A stretch of DNA of 32,353 bases, from positions 2,467,930 to 2,500,282 of the forward strand of contig NW_003526945.1 in assembly GCF_000181795.1 (NCBI RefSeq), read 5' to 3'. Under the pieces are notes generated by a model. That model saw only the letters and a list, made by a program, of their open reading frames with translations. It had not been told where the DNA came from and ran no database searches. Positions within the stretch are counted from its first letter, which is position 1; each line of letters starts with the position of its first letter. Made by a program: the position numbers and the translations under genes. This DNA comes from Trichinella spiralis. Taxonomy: Eukaryota. This document shows positions 10,897-22,561 of the stretch, in pieces.

Positions 10897-13800
10897 CTGT
10901 TCAAAATAGTGTAATTTTAAGATTTGAATATTTTATTGAAAAATTAAAAATCAACTCTTTTTTTTTATTAATCACAACTTTGCAAATGCAAGTTGAAAAT
11001 TTGCAAAGCTATTAACATTTTAATGCTTGTTGGAGAGATGATGGTGAACACTCCCAGAGTTTTGGAAATTTGAATTGGTTTGTTGAATTGCCTTTCGAAT
11101 TTGCTGCATTTTGCGAGACATTTTGCAATGACGAGCCGACTGGTCAGGCTTCATTTATTCGGCAATTGATGCTTTGACGGCCTCATTTATTTGCTACACT
11201 CTCCTACTCCGCCTTGCTTGTAACTGCTTGCTGGCAGACTGACAAGCCGAGCTGCCCAGCACCTGCCGCAAAGAGATTTTTTTCAAACTCTTTTTTTGCT
11301 TGCTTGCTTCGTGCAAGATGATGAAATTAACTTCTCAGACGTCAGTTTTTGCTGTTGTTTACGTTCACGCTTTGACCATTTTGCCAAATTTGTCCGAATA
11401 TGTTTTACACAGGCTCAACTGTGGAGCATCTTTCAAACTATATCAAATGACATTAAACTTAATTTTGCTTGATAACAGGCTGGCAATCTATGAAACGATT
11501 GTAACAATTGTTGTTTTGCTTTCATTTGAAAATAATTTTCAAATCTTGGAAAATTTTTTTTATAGCAAATCAATTCTTTCGAATATTCCATTTCTAAGTT
11601 AATTATAACTTGAAAATCAAAACTTGAAGTAAATTTTACATCGCATACAGTGTTTAAACATGCTTGAAATATGTTTATTTTAAGATGTGCATGATAATAG
11701 TCAAAGGTCAGAGTAGCGAATAATTTGCGTATTCAATCTATAGAGGCATAACAATTTCATCTCTTATCTGAAATGAATTTTCGTAAGTGTTCATTTTGCT
11801 AAACAGAATTTCCACACACCGATCGTGATGAATGTTACATGCGCCGCGAATTCTTCTTATCATTTATACATGTTTCAAATTCTCTTTTTCAATAATTAAC
11901 TGAGAAAAGTGCCAGCTCACAGTTTCGTCTACCCAAAGTTGTTATATATATTGGTAAGATGACAATTTTACATACTTTTATTTGTATATTTTTCAAATAT
12001 TATCATCTTTGGAAAAAGATCTTTTTTATTAGTACAAATTGTGCATTTATACGTTGTGCAGAAAGTTTCCATCATATATATATATATATATATTTATTTA
12101 TTTATAGCATATTTTAAAGAAACTTACACTAATGTATAATCAGATTTTTGTTGCCAAATGGTATCAAAAAACAAATGTTTTGAATTCTTTCCTTGGCAAC
12201 AATCTTCTATAATACTGATAAAATGATAGTAAAAAACATAATATAGCACAAACGATTTATTTTGTTCAGATTGATATTATTCAAACGGGTTCAAATATCC
12301 TCAAACTGATTAGATAAGTTAAGCATTTAGCTCTGACGCATATATTCGAATTTAATGTTTATATTTTAAGCCTGAAAGCAACATCAGCGACATAAAAGTG
12401 AATTTATCTACTGAGGTCAGAAATAAAAAGTTATAAAAGAATTTTATTACGCAGTGCAACAGTAAATGATTTGCAGAATTTATTTTATATATTCAGATTT
12501 TATTATTTTTAATTGTTGGTGCTGTGTATTAGATTATAGAAGAATCAAATTAGCATTACTTGAGAATCAAATTAGTAAAACTGGATTACTTCTATTCTAT
12601 CATATAGCTAATATTGTTAACTGTTCAGTGATGAGCGCGTAGGTTTCTGCTTGCACTAAGATTATTTTTGTTCCACGTGTGTCGAATAAACGATTGTTCT
12701 CATAACTGATATTCATAATGGCGGGAGTGCAGCAGTGGACATTTATGAAAAACTGCTCATGATTTAATGCAGATGTGCCTCTCTGTGTGAAGCACCTCAA
12801 CCGGTCTTTTAAGCATTACTAGCTCTACAACGCCAAGTACTGCATTGTACTGAATCACGGCAATTATCTGCAATTTAATTTATGTTTTAAATAAAAATTA
12901 GCATACTTAATAAGAATTACAGTATCCAGTGTTTGCATTGTGAAAAGAGAATAACTTTTGACAATTATTTTAACTTGCGTTGCTTTTTGTCTTTAAAATG
13001 GCTTGCTTCAACTACTCATTTCAGTTCATATGAAAATCTTATTTATTATATTTTATTAAAATATTGCTGAACACAACTATCAACGCCCATCTATCAGTTT
13101 GGAGCCACTAAAAAATATATAAAACTCATCATCATTCTAAATCTGAGCATGCTTTAAAATACAAGCAATACTTGATTCGAAAATTTTATTATTTAACTTT
13201 TTACGAATGCACATAAATTTTATAATAGCGTATTCCCATAAATAAATATCATTACTAGAATAAATTCAAACCAAAGTTTAAGAATTTACATTTATCTCCA
13301 TCGTTAAGCTATTAATTTTATTCTCGTTGTATTTTCTGCTTACAATTTACATACATATCACAATATACAAGTTTGAGAAATATTTTACAAGAAAACATCT
13401 GCATTAGAAGCTTATCAAAGTAAACAAACATAAATTAATAAATTAAATGAAGACATAAGCTACTGCATACATGAAGGGTTTGTTATTTAATTTTTTTAAC
13501 GCTCAGTTCGATTGAATTGCAATGAGTCGTAAAGGGGTTAGCGAACATTTTTTTCAAAGTCGATAAAATTCAAATATACGCAGAACAGCTCTTTTCTTTT
13601 TAAATTTTATTACCACTATAAAATGAACACTGGAAAATACTAACAGTTGATGTACGAGACAAAAGAAAGCACAGAATTGAGAATATAGTATATGTTTCTT
13701 ATTGTAATGTTTCACACAAAAATCTGGGCATACTATGCACAGGGACTATACATAAAATTGCATGATGCACTGCTTGAAAAATACGAGTACGAACAGCCAA

Positions 13801-14102
13801 GAATAAATTTTGATTTGAATAAAGACTGCGCTTTTTTTACAACACTTTAATTCCCACCCGTAATAATTACACAATAAAAGATATGAATTCGCACAAGATA
13901 CACCTATGAGAAAAAGTTTCCATATTTTAATGTAAAATTGCAAGCAACGGGAAAATAATTATTGAAAGTATCACGAAGCAAAATTTGCTCGTCTTATTAT
14001 TGCCGTGCGATAGTGGTAATAATAAGCTTTTTCGAAGTGTTGATATTTCACGCAATATAAGAAATGATGCTCAATAAGCAGTCTAATAATTTTAATTCAA
14101 AT

Positions 14103-17100
14103 TCAGTTTGCGTTTTCTTCAACAGATTGAAGAGTGTGCCACTGAGCAATTGGTCGTCGTGGGGAGGCAAGCATATCCATCCAATGACGTAATTCAGCTC
14201 CAGTAGCATTACAGCCTAATATTATTCTGCCAATAGCTTCGTTCGATCCCATTCGATCATAGTCCATGACAGTAATCATCAATGATACTTTCTAAACCAA
14301 CAGTTCTTTTAACATTGAAAGCTACAAATCAGATTAATCCAACTTTCCCCTATCATTTTATCCATCTTCTTTTATATTCAATATAAAACCAAAAGAATTA
14401 TAGTACAAACTGAACTTATTACTGTTAAAACAAGCAAAGTAATGGTGAAGTTTGTTAAATAGTGTTTAAAAATTCAAATTTCTTTAGTTTTTCTATTTAG
14501 ATTACATTTTAATTTCTTGTTAAAAATTTAATTACTTCAAATTTAGCTTACAAGCATAGAAAATGTTCTCTTACTTGTATTTGTTCATAAGGAACTTCAA
14601 AAGAGAACGATTCGTTGTAATACGGATTTAAAGTGCATTTTTTAATACTTGTTTTTTTCTTTTTCAATCGTTTGCCTTCTTGCATCAGAACAATTTTCAC
14701 ATATGGATCTAAATAATACACATGTATTATTGCAATCATCCGTGAGTACATCATATCACTGAATAGCAACAACAGCATTTGTATATATATCGATTAAGCA
14801 GAAAACATTTTTTCTAGAAAATTTACACAAATAATTCTGCATGAATAGTCCTTTCTTTACAATAATCTGAACTGCTTAAAGGTATTCGAAATAAATTAAA
14901 ATAAATAGTCTTTATAACTTTCCATTTTCTATCCAACTTTTAAAAATATTAGTGAAAAATCATTTTAACTTTTAGTATTTGTAATAATTTATTATTCTTT
15001 TGTTAATAAAATAAGCTTTCTATTACATTTTAAAACGTTTAAACTGCTAATATTAGTATTGTAAAGAAATATACCGGAAAGTCCACCAACATCCATTTTT
15101 TTCAAATTTTTCGCTTCCAAAATCACTACGGTCAATTTTCCAGCTGTCGGAACATAGCGTAAAGAAAAGCATATATCACCGAGTTTGTTTTCAGCTTCTT
15201 TGTCATCTGGTGGAGGCTGTATATCGCGCCATTCTTCAATTACTTGACCCAAGTCAATCGTGTTCAGAGGAATTAGAACAATTCCAATTTGGTCATGCTT
15301 TGAAAATCGATCAAAATCGAATATTGAAAATGCCAACGTTTTCGAAGTAATTTCACCATATGGAACCTAATAAGTGCAACACAAAATATACATTAGTATT
15401 ACATTATAATATGAAAAGCAGTTTTTCATAATATTCAGTTGTTTATAAAAACGACTGATTTACATCCAGTAGAATTGAAATTTCATATGCAGAAATAATA
15501 ATTAATACGATATTGATATTCCTTGAACAGTACAGAGAGCGCAATAATAAAGTTTGGGCAATGATTCAAAAGTTCAACTAAACATGGAACTGCACAAAAT
15601 AGTATTATCCACAGGTGCCAATTTGAATGAAATTTATTTGCTTGTAAAAAACTGCTTTCATTGTGTAAGGTTAAATGAAAATTTCCATGAAAATAGATTT
15701 CAAGCCGAATGTAGAAATAAAATGTTGAATAATGCTTCTAGCGATGAAATACCAATCTATTGTTCGAATGCGTGTGTTTGTGAAATGTTCCTTATTAGCA
15801 TGGAAGGTTTTTTTTCTAATTCAAACAACATTTAATTTCCTGCTTCCTAATAAGCTTTCTTATTAGGAGCCATTATTGATTGACGTCAAGCGAAAATTTT
15901 CCATGTTTTATAGATTTGTTGACTTTGCTGGTTTATTATAAAAAACGTCATGACAAAAATCTATCTATCTATCTATCTGTCTATCTATCTACTAAAGTTA
16001 GTCTAGATTAGGGTAAAAAGTGTTCATGACCATTTAATCTTATGTTAGCAAATAATAATAATGATAATCAGAAAGATAATTATATGCTTTTCAGTTTAAA
16101 AGTTATGCAACTAATGAATCAAATGCAAATCCAAATGTAATAACAAAATTCTACAAAGATCTGCTAAGCTGAACTCACTTTAAATAGAAATGTTTCATTA
16201 AACACCGGGTTAAGCGTTTTTCGATGAACTTTTGTTTCAAATTTTTTCTTTCTATCCGGCATTAAGCATACTTTTACGTAAGGATCAGAAGTGCCACTCA
16301 TATCCATTCCTGGCAATTCCACTGCTTGTATGACCGTAACTGAAAGCTGTACAAAAATTGCAAATGCATGCATTCACACTTGATTATTATTATTATGATT
16401 ATTGAAAGATACTTGATTTTGCTGAAAGTCATAATCTAGTCGAAACTGAATTTTTCCCAATTTCACTTCTTCTTTTGGTTCTCCAGCTTGTTCAACTTCA
16501 TTCTCTTCCATATTCTCTTCTAGCTGTTCCAGATCGCTGGCTTGTATCTAAACAAGAGAAAAGTTAGAAATCCCAAAAAAAAGCAATCAAGAGAAAAAGC
16601 AAAAAAATACTTTGTTTTTCATAGTTGTGGGAAGTAAATCTACACCCTTGGCAAATTTTTTAAATCCTTTAGATTTTCCTTCTTGTTTTTTGCCATGGCG
16701 TCGTTTGGCAAAGAACCTCCGTATGCAGTAATAGAAACAACAGAGCGCGATTAGGGCAATCAAGACGACAATGCCGATCCATCCCCATTCAGGAACTGTA
16801 AAGTGATTTCAAGAATTATCGATTGCAAATAATATTGCACGTGTAAATGTATTTACCGCCTGTCTTTTTGATAATTTGATTTTTGAGAACGGTGAATTTT
16901 TCGAGTGCTTTTTCACCGGTGGTTGGTTGTGTTGTCTTTGAAGTAGCTATGGCATTTGTCACTTCCCTGAAAAATTGTCAAATCAAGAACACAAATGCGC
17001 ATTGGCTTGTTTCCGTCAAAATTCCTCTCATACTCAACGCCAACGCTGTAACGGGCTCCGGGTTTTGAACTGCTGTCCAAAAGTTCCTCTTTCGGACGTT

Positions 17101-17176
17101 TCTGCATCCTGCGCACCAAAGACGTGGAGTTGTTGGTGAAATTGGCCATCGCAGTGGTTGTCTTTTTATGTCCCAT
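14103..17176 (-). CDS. snt-1: Synaptotagmin-1 (synaptic vesicle Ca2+ sensor), 8 coding exons, 451 aa: complement(join(14103..14291,14575..14708,15075..15366,16179..16346,16413..16547,16611..16795,16857..16966,17034..17176))
   Basis: All introns are GT-AG with matching phases; the CDS totals 1356 nt. Lumenal N-terminus has NFT/NST sequons. TM helix [22 protein letters not shown] is followed by a basic stretch. C2[74 protein letters not shown]2[91 protein letters not shown]. The first two exons are less certain than the C2 exons. Confidence 0.96.
15961..15991. repeat. (CTAT)n microsatellite in a synaptotagmin intron
   Basis: ctatctatctatctatctgtctatctatcta. Confidence 0.85.
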
Positions 17177-20162
17177 CTAAATGAAAATTTCCTTGTTGAA
17201 CACAACAATTGAACAGTTATAAAAAAGCTTTGAAAGCATCCTAAGCGGAGGTGCTTTGCTTGTTTTAGCCGCTGCCCCCCTTTACAGCCCATTGAATTTT
17301 GCGAAAAACAACCGAATCGAATGTTACACGTCGAAAAACCGATACGCGATCGATCGACCAACTAATGTAGTTGGTGAATTGACCAATTGAAAATTGATTT
17401 TCAAGTTAGCCGCTTTTCGATTAAACTGACAAACCTGAGGCTGAATTTTCAGCACACTTTATCCACAGATCCCAATCCCAATGAGTAACAACAAAAACAA
17501 TTTATAACAAACTTCAACTTCAACATTTTATACTCCAAGCCCCAAGCGTCGTATTTTCACATGAGGACAGTCAATTTGGAAACGATAACCTTTGAACACA
17601 GATACACACACAGAGGGAGAGAGAGCAAGCGACCGCATGCTGCAATAAAATAATTTAAATTTGACCGAATGACTTTGCGCATGTGTGTTTGATCAGGATT
17701 AGGTGAAAAATCAATACCAACAGCGTATGCCAACAGCAAACGCATGCTTCTAGCTACTACACAGCTCCAGTTTTTATCATCTAATGACTTGTACGTAAAA
17801 GGCGCATAAGCATGAAAGCAAACTAACTCTTGATCAATAATCAACCAACTATATAACTACTGCTTGCAAGCTTTTCATTAAACTCAGCCGTGATTCACGT
17901 TCAACTTGACAACACTGTAGCTCAGCTTTTTGTCATTTTGATTATTACCATTTTTTATTTGTCTAATTTTATCGGATCATATTTATTGAACTAAGAACAG
18001 TTCAAGAAACCACTCACATCACTGACCATGACAATATCCCGACGGAAAATTGTCATCCATTATATGTCAATGTCATTTGATTTCATTTGATTTTTTTCCC
18101 GTCTTTCTTTCTTTCTTCACGCAAGCATAAATCCCAATTATATCGATGACAACGATAGCTTGGGAAATAATTAAAAAAATAAAAAGGAAAGAAAATATAT
18201 ACATTGACAATATTTCTGACGTTACTTCCTTTAGATTTCAGAATTGAAATCATACAATTTGAAATTTGTAGATTCAATTTCAGATCTCTAATGTTAATAA
18301 ACACTTTGTTTTCTCCTTTATGTTTCTCATCAACTTTCCCATTCTTTCTTGCTTATGTTGGATTACTATTATTATTATGTATTTTTTTGTTATTTGAAAA
18401 GCAATTTTACAAAATAAGCACATTGAAGATTAGAAAGCAAAACATCAGGCAATCATTTTATATTGTTCATTTAAAAATTATAATGCATAATAAATACATT
18501 TCCTGTAGTTTGCCTTAATCATATGGATAAGGTGACGATAGCATTATGCAATCAATGCAAAGAATTTTGTAATTCAGATTTCCACCTCAAGAGGTGCACA
18601 ATACCAATTCCGAATAAATAATACTTCATTTATTATTAATTTATTTAACTTGTAAATTATTTCATTGCAATTTAAAATTATATTCAGAATTGATTTTTTT
18701 TCAAGTTAATGGAATAGAAGGAAAAAAGTATACATATATTGTAAGAAATTATAAACACTTCCTTTATCCTATTTTCGATTAAGGAATAAATTATGAAGAA
18801 TAGATGTTTGGTGTAATAATTGCGAACAATCAATATTATTTATTTATTACATTTGCTTTATTCATACGGTTGATGTTGAAGTAAAAGTTGTACAGAATGT
18901 AAAAAGGTTCAAGCAGTTTTTATTTGTATGAAATTAAGCAAAAGTAAACATTTTCTAAATGGAAGTTATGCCTAATTTTTACTGATGAATCAATATGATA
19001 AGTGATCGAAAGAAAAGTTGGTCAATATGAATAATAATCAAGCAGTAAGCATGTTTATCAAGTTTCAGTATTAGTTGCATGAATACAATGATTATTACGA
19101 AATTTACTTGATATTGTACAAAACTGATGCCAATAATAAATATATAAATATAAATATATTTATATAGAATGTAGTTGACGATTCTGCATTGAATTTAAAT
19201 CCGCCATGCAATAATCATGTGGAATAGAAAAGATTTCCATTCAAATCTGACGCACGTGAGATTTGTTGTATGCGTGACGTATTTATGGTGCTTGATAAAT
19301 TAGAGATGTCAAACAAATTTTGGTCAAATTGGTTGATAGGATGAAAAATGACAGATTATTATTTCTTTATTAATTCCTTGTTTTATTTAAAATTTTTGTT
19401 TTTGTCCAACAAATGAAATATCAAGCATTTTTCGACCTAACGCAAAAATTGAAAGATTGTCGTTTTTAATGTAAATTTTGAGAAAACTAAAAAACCGATG
19501 CTTCTCATTATTTTTCTTTTTCATAAAAAACATTTAACTTTTTGTTTGTCCACACACAACGGGCTAACAATATAAAAGCAAGGGTTGTCGATCGATCAGA
19601 GCTTCTTGTATATATTTACTTCAGTGTAGATATTGTTTCATGGGAAATTTGATTTGTTCGTTGCATCGTTAGAAGTGAAAAGGAGAAAATTCTGTGGGTG
19701 CGTACGTTTTTAAAACTTGTGCCGGCAATTTTGTTACCGCATTTGTTGATGGATCGATTAGTAAAAGAGCCAATTTTTGCCGGAAGCTGTTACGTTTGTT
19801 TCAGCATGTGAATAGCAGCTTTGGGTTATTGATCATTTCCAATCGAACGGTGTGCAATAATGATAATTTGATGTGATGGTGATGACGAGGATTATCAGAG
19901 AGAATTGCGTTATTTATTGAAAATATTTTCAAATAAATTTGTTTTGTTCATACGTTTGACAAACAAACGATGATCACTTTTATAATAAATGTTCATTTGA
20001 CATTTTTAACATGCAAATTGAAAAGGAGAAAAATTGCTATTGCTACTTTGATTGAATTTCAAAAATTTATTATAATTTGTATTATTAACGAATCAGATCA
20101 GCGTGCAAATGTGATTGACTGTAATTGGAAACATTTTGTCTAAAAAATAGAATCACATGATA

Positions 20163-20198
20163 CCCCTCCCTCTCCCCCTCCCCCTCTTCCTCCCCCTC
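20163..20198 (-). other. Polypurine/polypyrimidine tract with G-quadruplex potential on the minus strand
   Basis: The minus strand contains GGGGG-A-GGGGG-AGA-GGG-A-GGGG plus a further G5 run. Confidence 0.6.
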
Positions 20199-20401
20199 TA
20201 CATTTTTGAGCAACATTCATCAAAAGGTTCAGTTGTATTTTTTGTTCTTTTTTTCAAGAAGCATATTCGTCATCATTGCAATAAGTAATGAATGAATAAA
20301 TTTGTTTAATGTGAAGACTGGATTGCAAGAGATGTTGTGTTGAATATTGTTGAAACAATTTTGGAAAATTATGTTTCACACAAGAAGATGCAAAAACTTA
20401 C

Positions 20402-20664
20402 CGGAATTATTTATTAATCAGTTGTTTCCAAGTCAACAATTGAAAGAGGGAATAATTTAATCCAAAAATGGCAATAGTCCACAAAATGATGACGGTTGAT
20501 GGTATTGGCTCATTGGTTCGCTTGTTTGGAATAAGACGGAAACTGAAGCTGAGGTCCGGCTGGAATCGGACCGGCAAAGTTGAAACCGAGCCAGCTCGTG
20601 TGACGTCTCACTTGAAAATGAACGATCGCTTCATAGTTGGTTCGGTTCGACTGATTCTCATTTG
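20402..20664 (-). other. Candidate non-coding 5'UTR exon of synaptotagmin
   Basis: GC-richer island ending in a consensus donor CCG|GTAAGT (20401). The synaptotagmin ATG (17176) directly follows a TTTTCATTTAG acceptor, which needs an upstream cis exon or a trans-spliced leader. The upper boundary is uncertain. Confidence 0.35.
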
Positions 20665-22561
20665 CTAACGGTCGATCGATATGATTACTGACCGAGCAGT
20701 GTTGGAAAATGTGTTGTTCCCAGACGCCGAGGTTGAGTGAGGCGCGATGCTTACTTACTTACTTAATCAGAGTGATCGATTGGTAAGACGACTGCTTGGA
20801 GTAAACTTATTGCCTAAATCGGCTACCAATTCCGCCGTATTATAGAAATTATAATTCCAAGTTGGTTGAACAATATCACACAATGCACATTTGTAAACAA
20901 CAACAACAACAGCAGCATGCCATAAATTTGCTTTTACAAGCTTGCTCAGACAACACTTTTTTTTACTTTCATAAACTCCAATAGCATCGAACTGAAATCA
21001 CATCGGCAAATCTTTTTATTTTCATCATCACTGATAAAATTCAATTTATGAAATAAATAATTCAAATTTTGTTTTTTCTTTTTAAAATCCTAATTCAATT
21101 TTACAATTCGAACTTTAATTTTAAAAAATTCATTACTAAGATTGCTTTTTTTGTGCATTTATTTTTTTGATTTGAAAACTTCATGCTGAAGATGTTCGTT
21201 TGATCATTGCATGTATGGAAATAATGCATACATACATGCATATGTATATATTTTTTTTAATATGTTTCGTGCTGAAGTCGAATAATTCCATTACCAATAA
21301 ACACTGAGTGGTAATAAGTTGAACATTTTTCCTGTCTGACTAATAGTTTTGACGTTGTTCAATTCTTTTTATTCAAATAAACAATTTCCAATTTATAATA
21401 TTCAACTGAAAATTATATCATTTGACCATGAAAATTGTGCCGTTGCATGAACATTATGCGAAGTAAATATTGCATTCAAAAGAGTAATCTAATTCCATTT
21501 ACTGTTGCTGACATATAGATATTTTGCATTAGTTATTTGAATGCAGAGCAACTTCATATGAAGTAATCGTTATTGATTCATTTATTTCTTTGTAATAAAA
21601 TCAGGTGAAAATTTTTCTAACAAATAATAGAATTATTTTTTTTGTTGTTAAAATTAATCAATGAATTTTGTAAAGTTTCTCAGGCAGAAAAAATAAGCCA
21701 CAGTATTTCATATCCAACATGTGCAATTTGTGCAATTAATTAATTCTGATATTATTTTTCTTTTTTTTATTTTGTAATTTCATTTTCTAATCAGTCATGT
21801 GTTATTGAAATTTAAATGTCAATGTCTAATTTCAGATGCTTTTCTTCTACTCAATCAAATGCTTACCATTCATCAAAGTTGAAAAGAAAGTTGTATCATA
21901 CAATGTATTTCATTTGAAAATATAAATTTCCGCATGCATAAATTATGCATTTATTTAATTTGAATTTTTCATTTTCTTTTTTTATTCATTTATAAATCTG
22001 CGGTCGTATTATTTTTTCTATTCAGTAAAGCATCTCCCAACCGATCAATGCATAGTGAGATTTTTCATAGAACAAAATTTTCTTAAACGCCCCCTGCGCT
22101 GGTTGTTTCGATGCAAATTTATGATTCAGTTTTTCTCTCATCATTTCATACTAATACTGATCCACTTATTCATAATTCAACAACTGTTTTACCTATTCAA
22201 ATGATTGGATTCGTGCTTATCATCGTATAACTCAATCAATCCATCGACTCACTTCTGCAAGCGTGTTAACACTTGAATTGTAATTTACACTGAACATTTC
22301 ATTGCCATCACTAGTTGATAATGATGCAAAATTTGATCTTTTCAATATATGAACGTAAAAAATGATCTTCAATTATAATTTATTATTTCTAAAGTATTCA
22401 AAGTCAAACACATATTATTACTGTAACTATTACTGTAGCGTACTTGATAGAATAGAAAACAAAAATAAAAGTACAGTCCTTTGTTTATTAAAATTACAGC
22501 AACCAGCGATCATCAAGCATCAAATAACTAACAAAGTATGTGGAAAGCGTCAACGTGAAAT

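Larger units (their letters stand above)
16818..20780. promoter_or_regulatory. Cluster of ATCGAT (CUT/ONECUT-type) palindromes over the synaptotagmin 5' region
   Basis: ATCGAT at 16818, 17349, 18142, 19591, 19753, 20675 and 20775; several occur as extended GATCGAT/TCGATCGA. Confidence 0.45.

Noticed and set aside
14085..14105. Stop-codon readthrough of synaptotagmin
   Set aside because: TGA is followed by ATT and another in-frame TGA; there is no readthrough context.
14236..14270. Fifth C2B Ca2+ ligand is Glu (GSNE) rather than Asp
   Set aside because: Conservative change also present in Drosophila Syt1 (GTSE); the other nine acidic ligands are intact.
16978..17361. 127-aa ORF overlapping the first synaptotagmin exon
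   Set aside because: Alternative frame of a real exon with a TTG start; only the MGHKK frame splices in phase to the downstream exons.
17177..22561. Nematode-style operon LCMT1 -> snt-1 (same strand)
   Set aside because: The coding regions are over 5 kb apart with promoter-like islands between them; nothing in the sequence supports polycistronic transcription.
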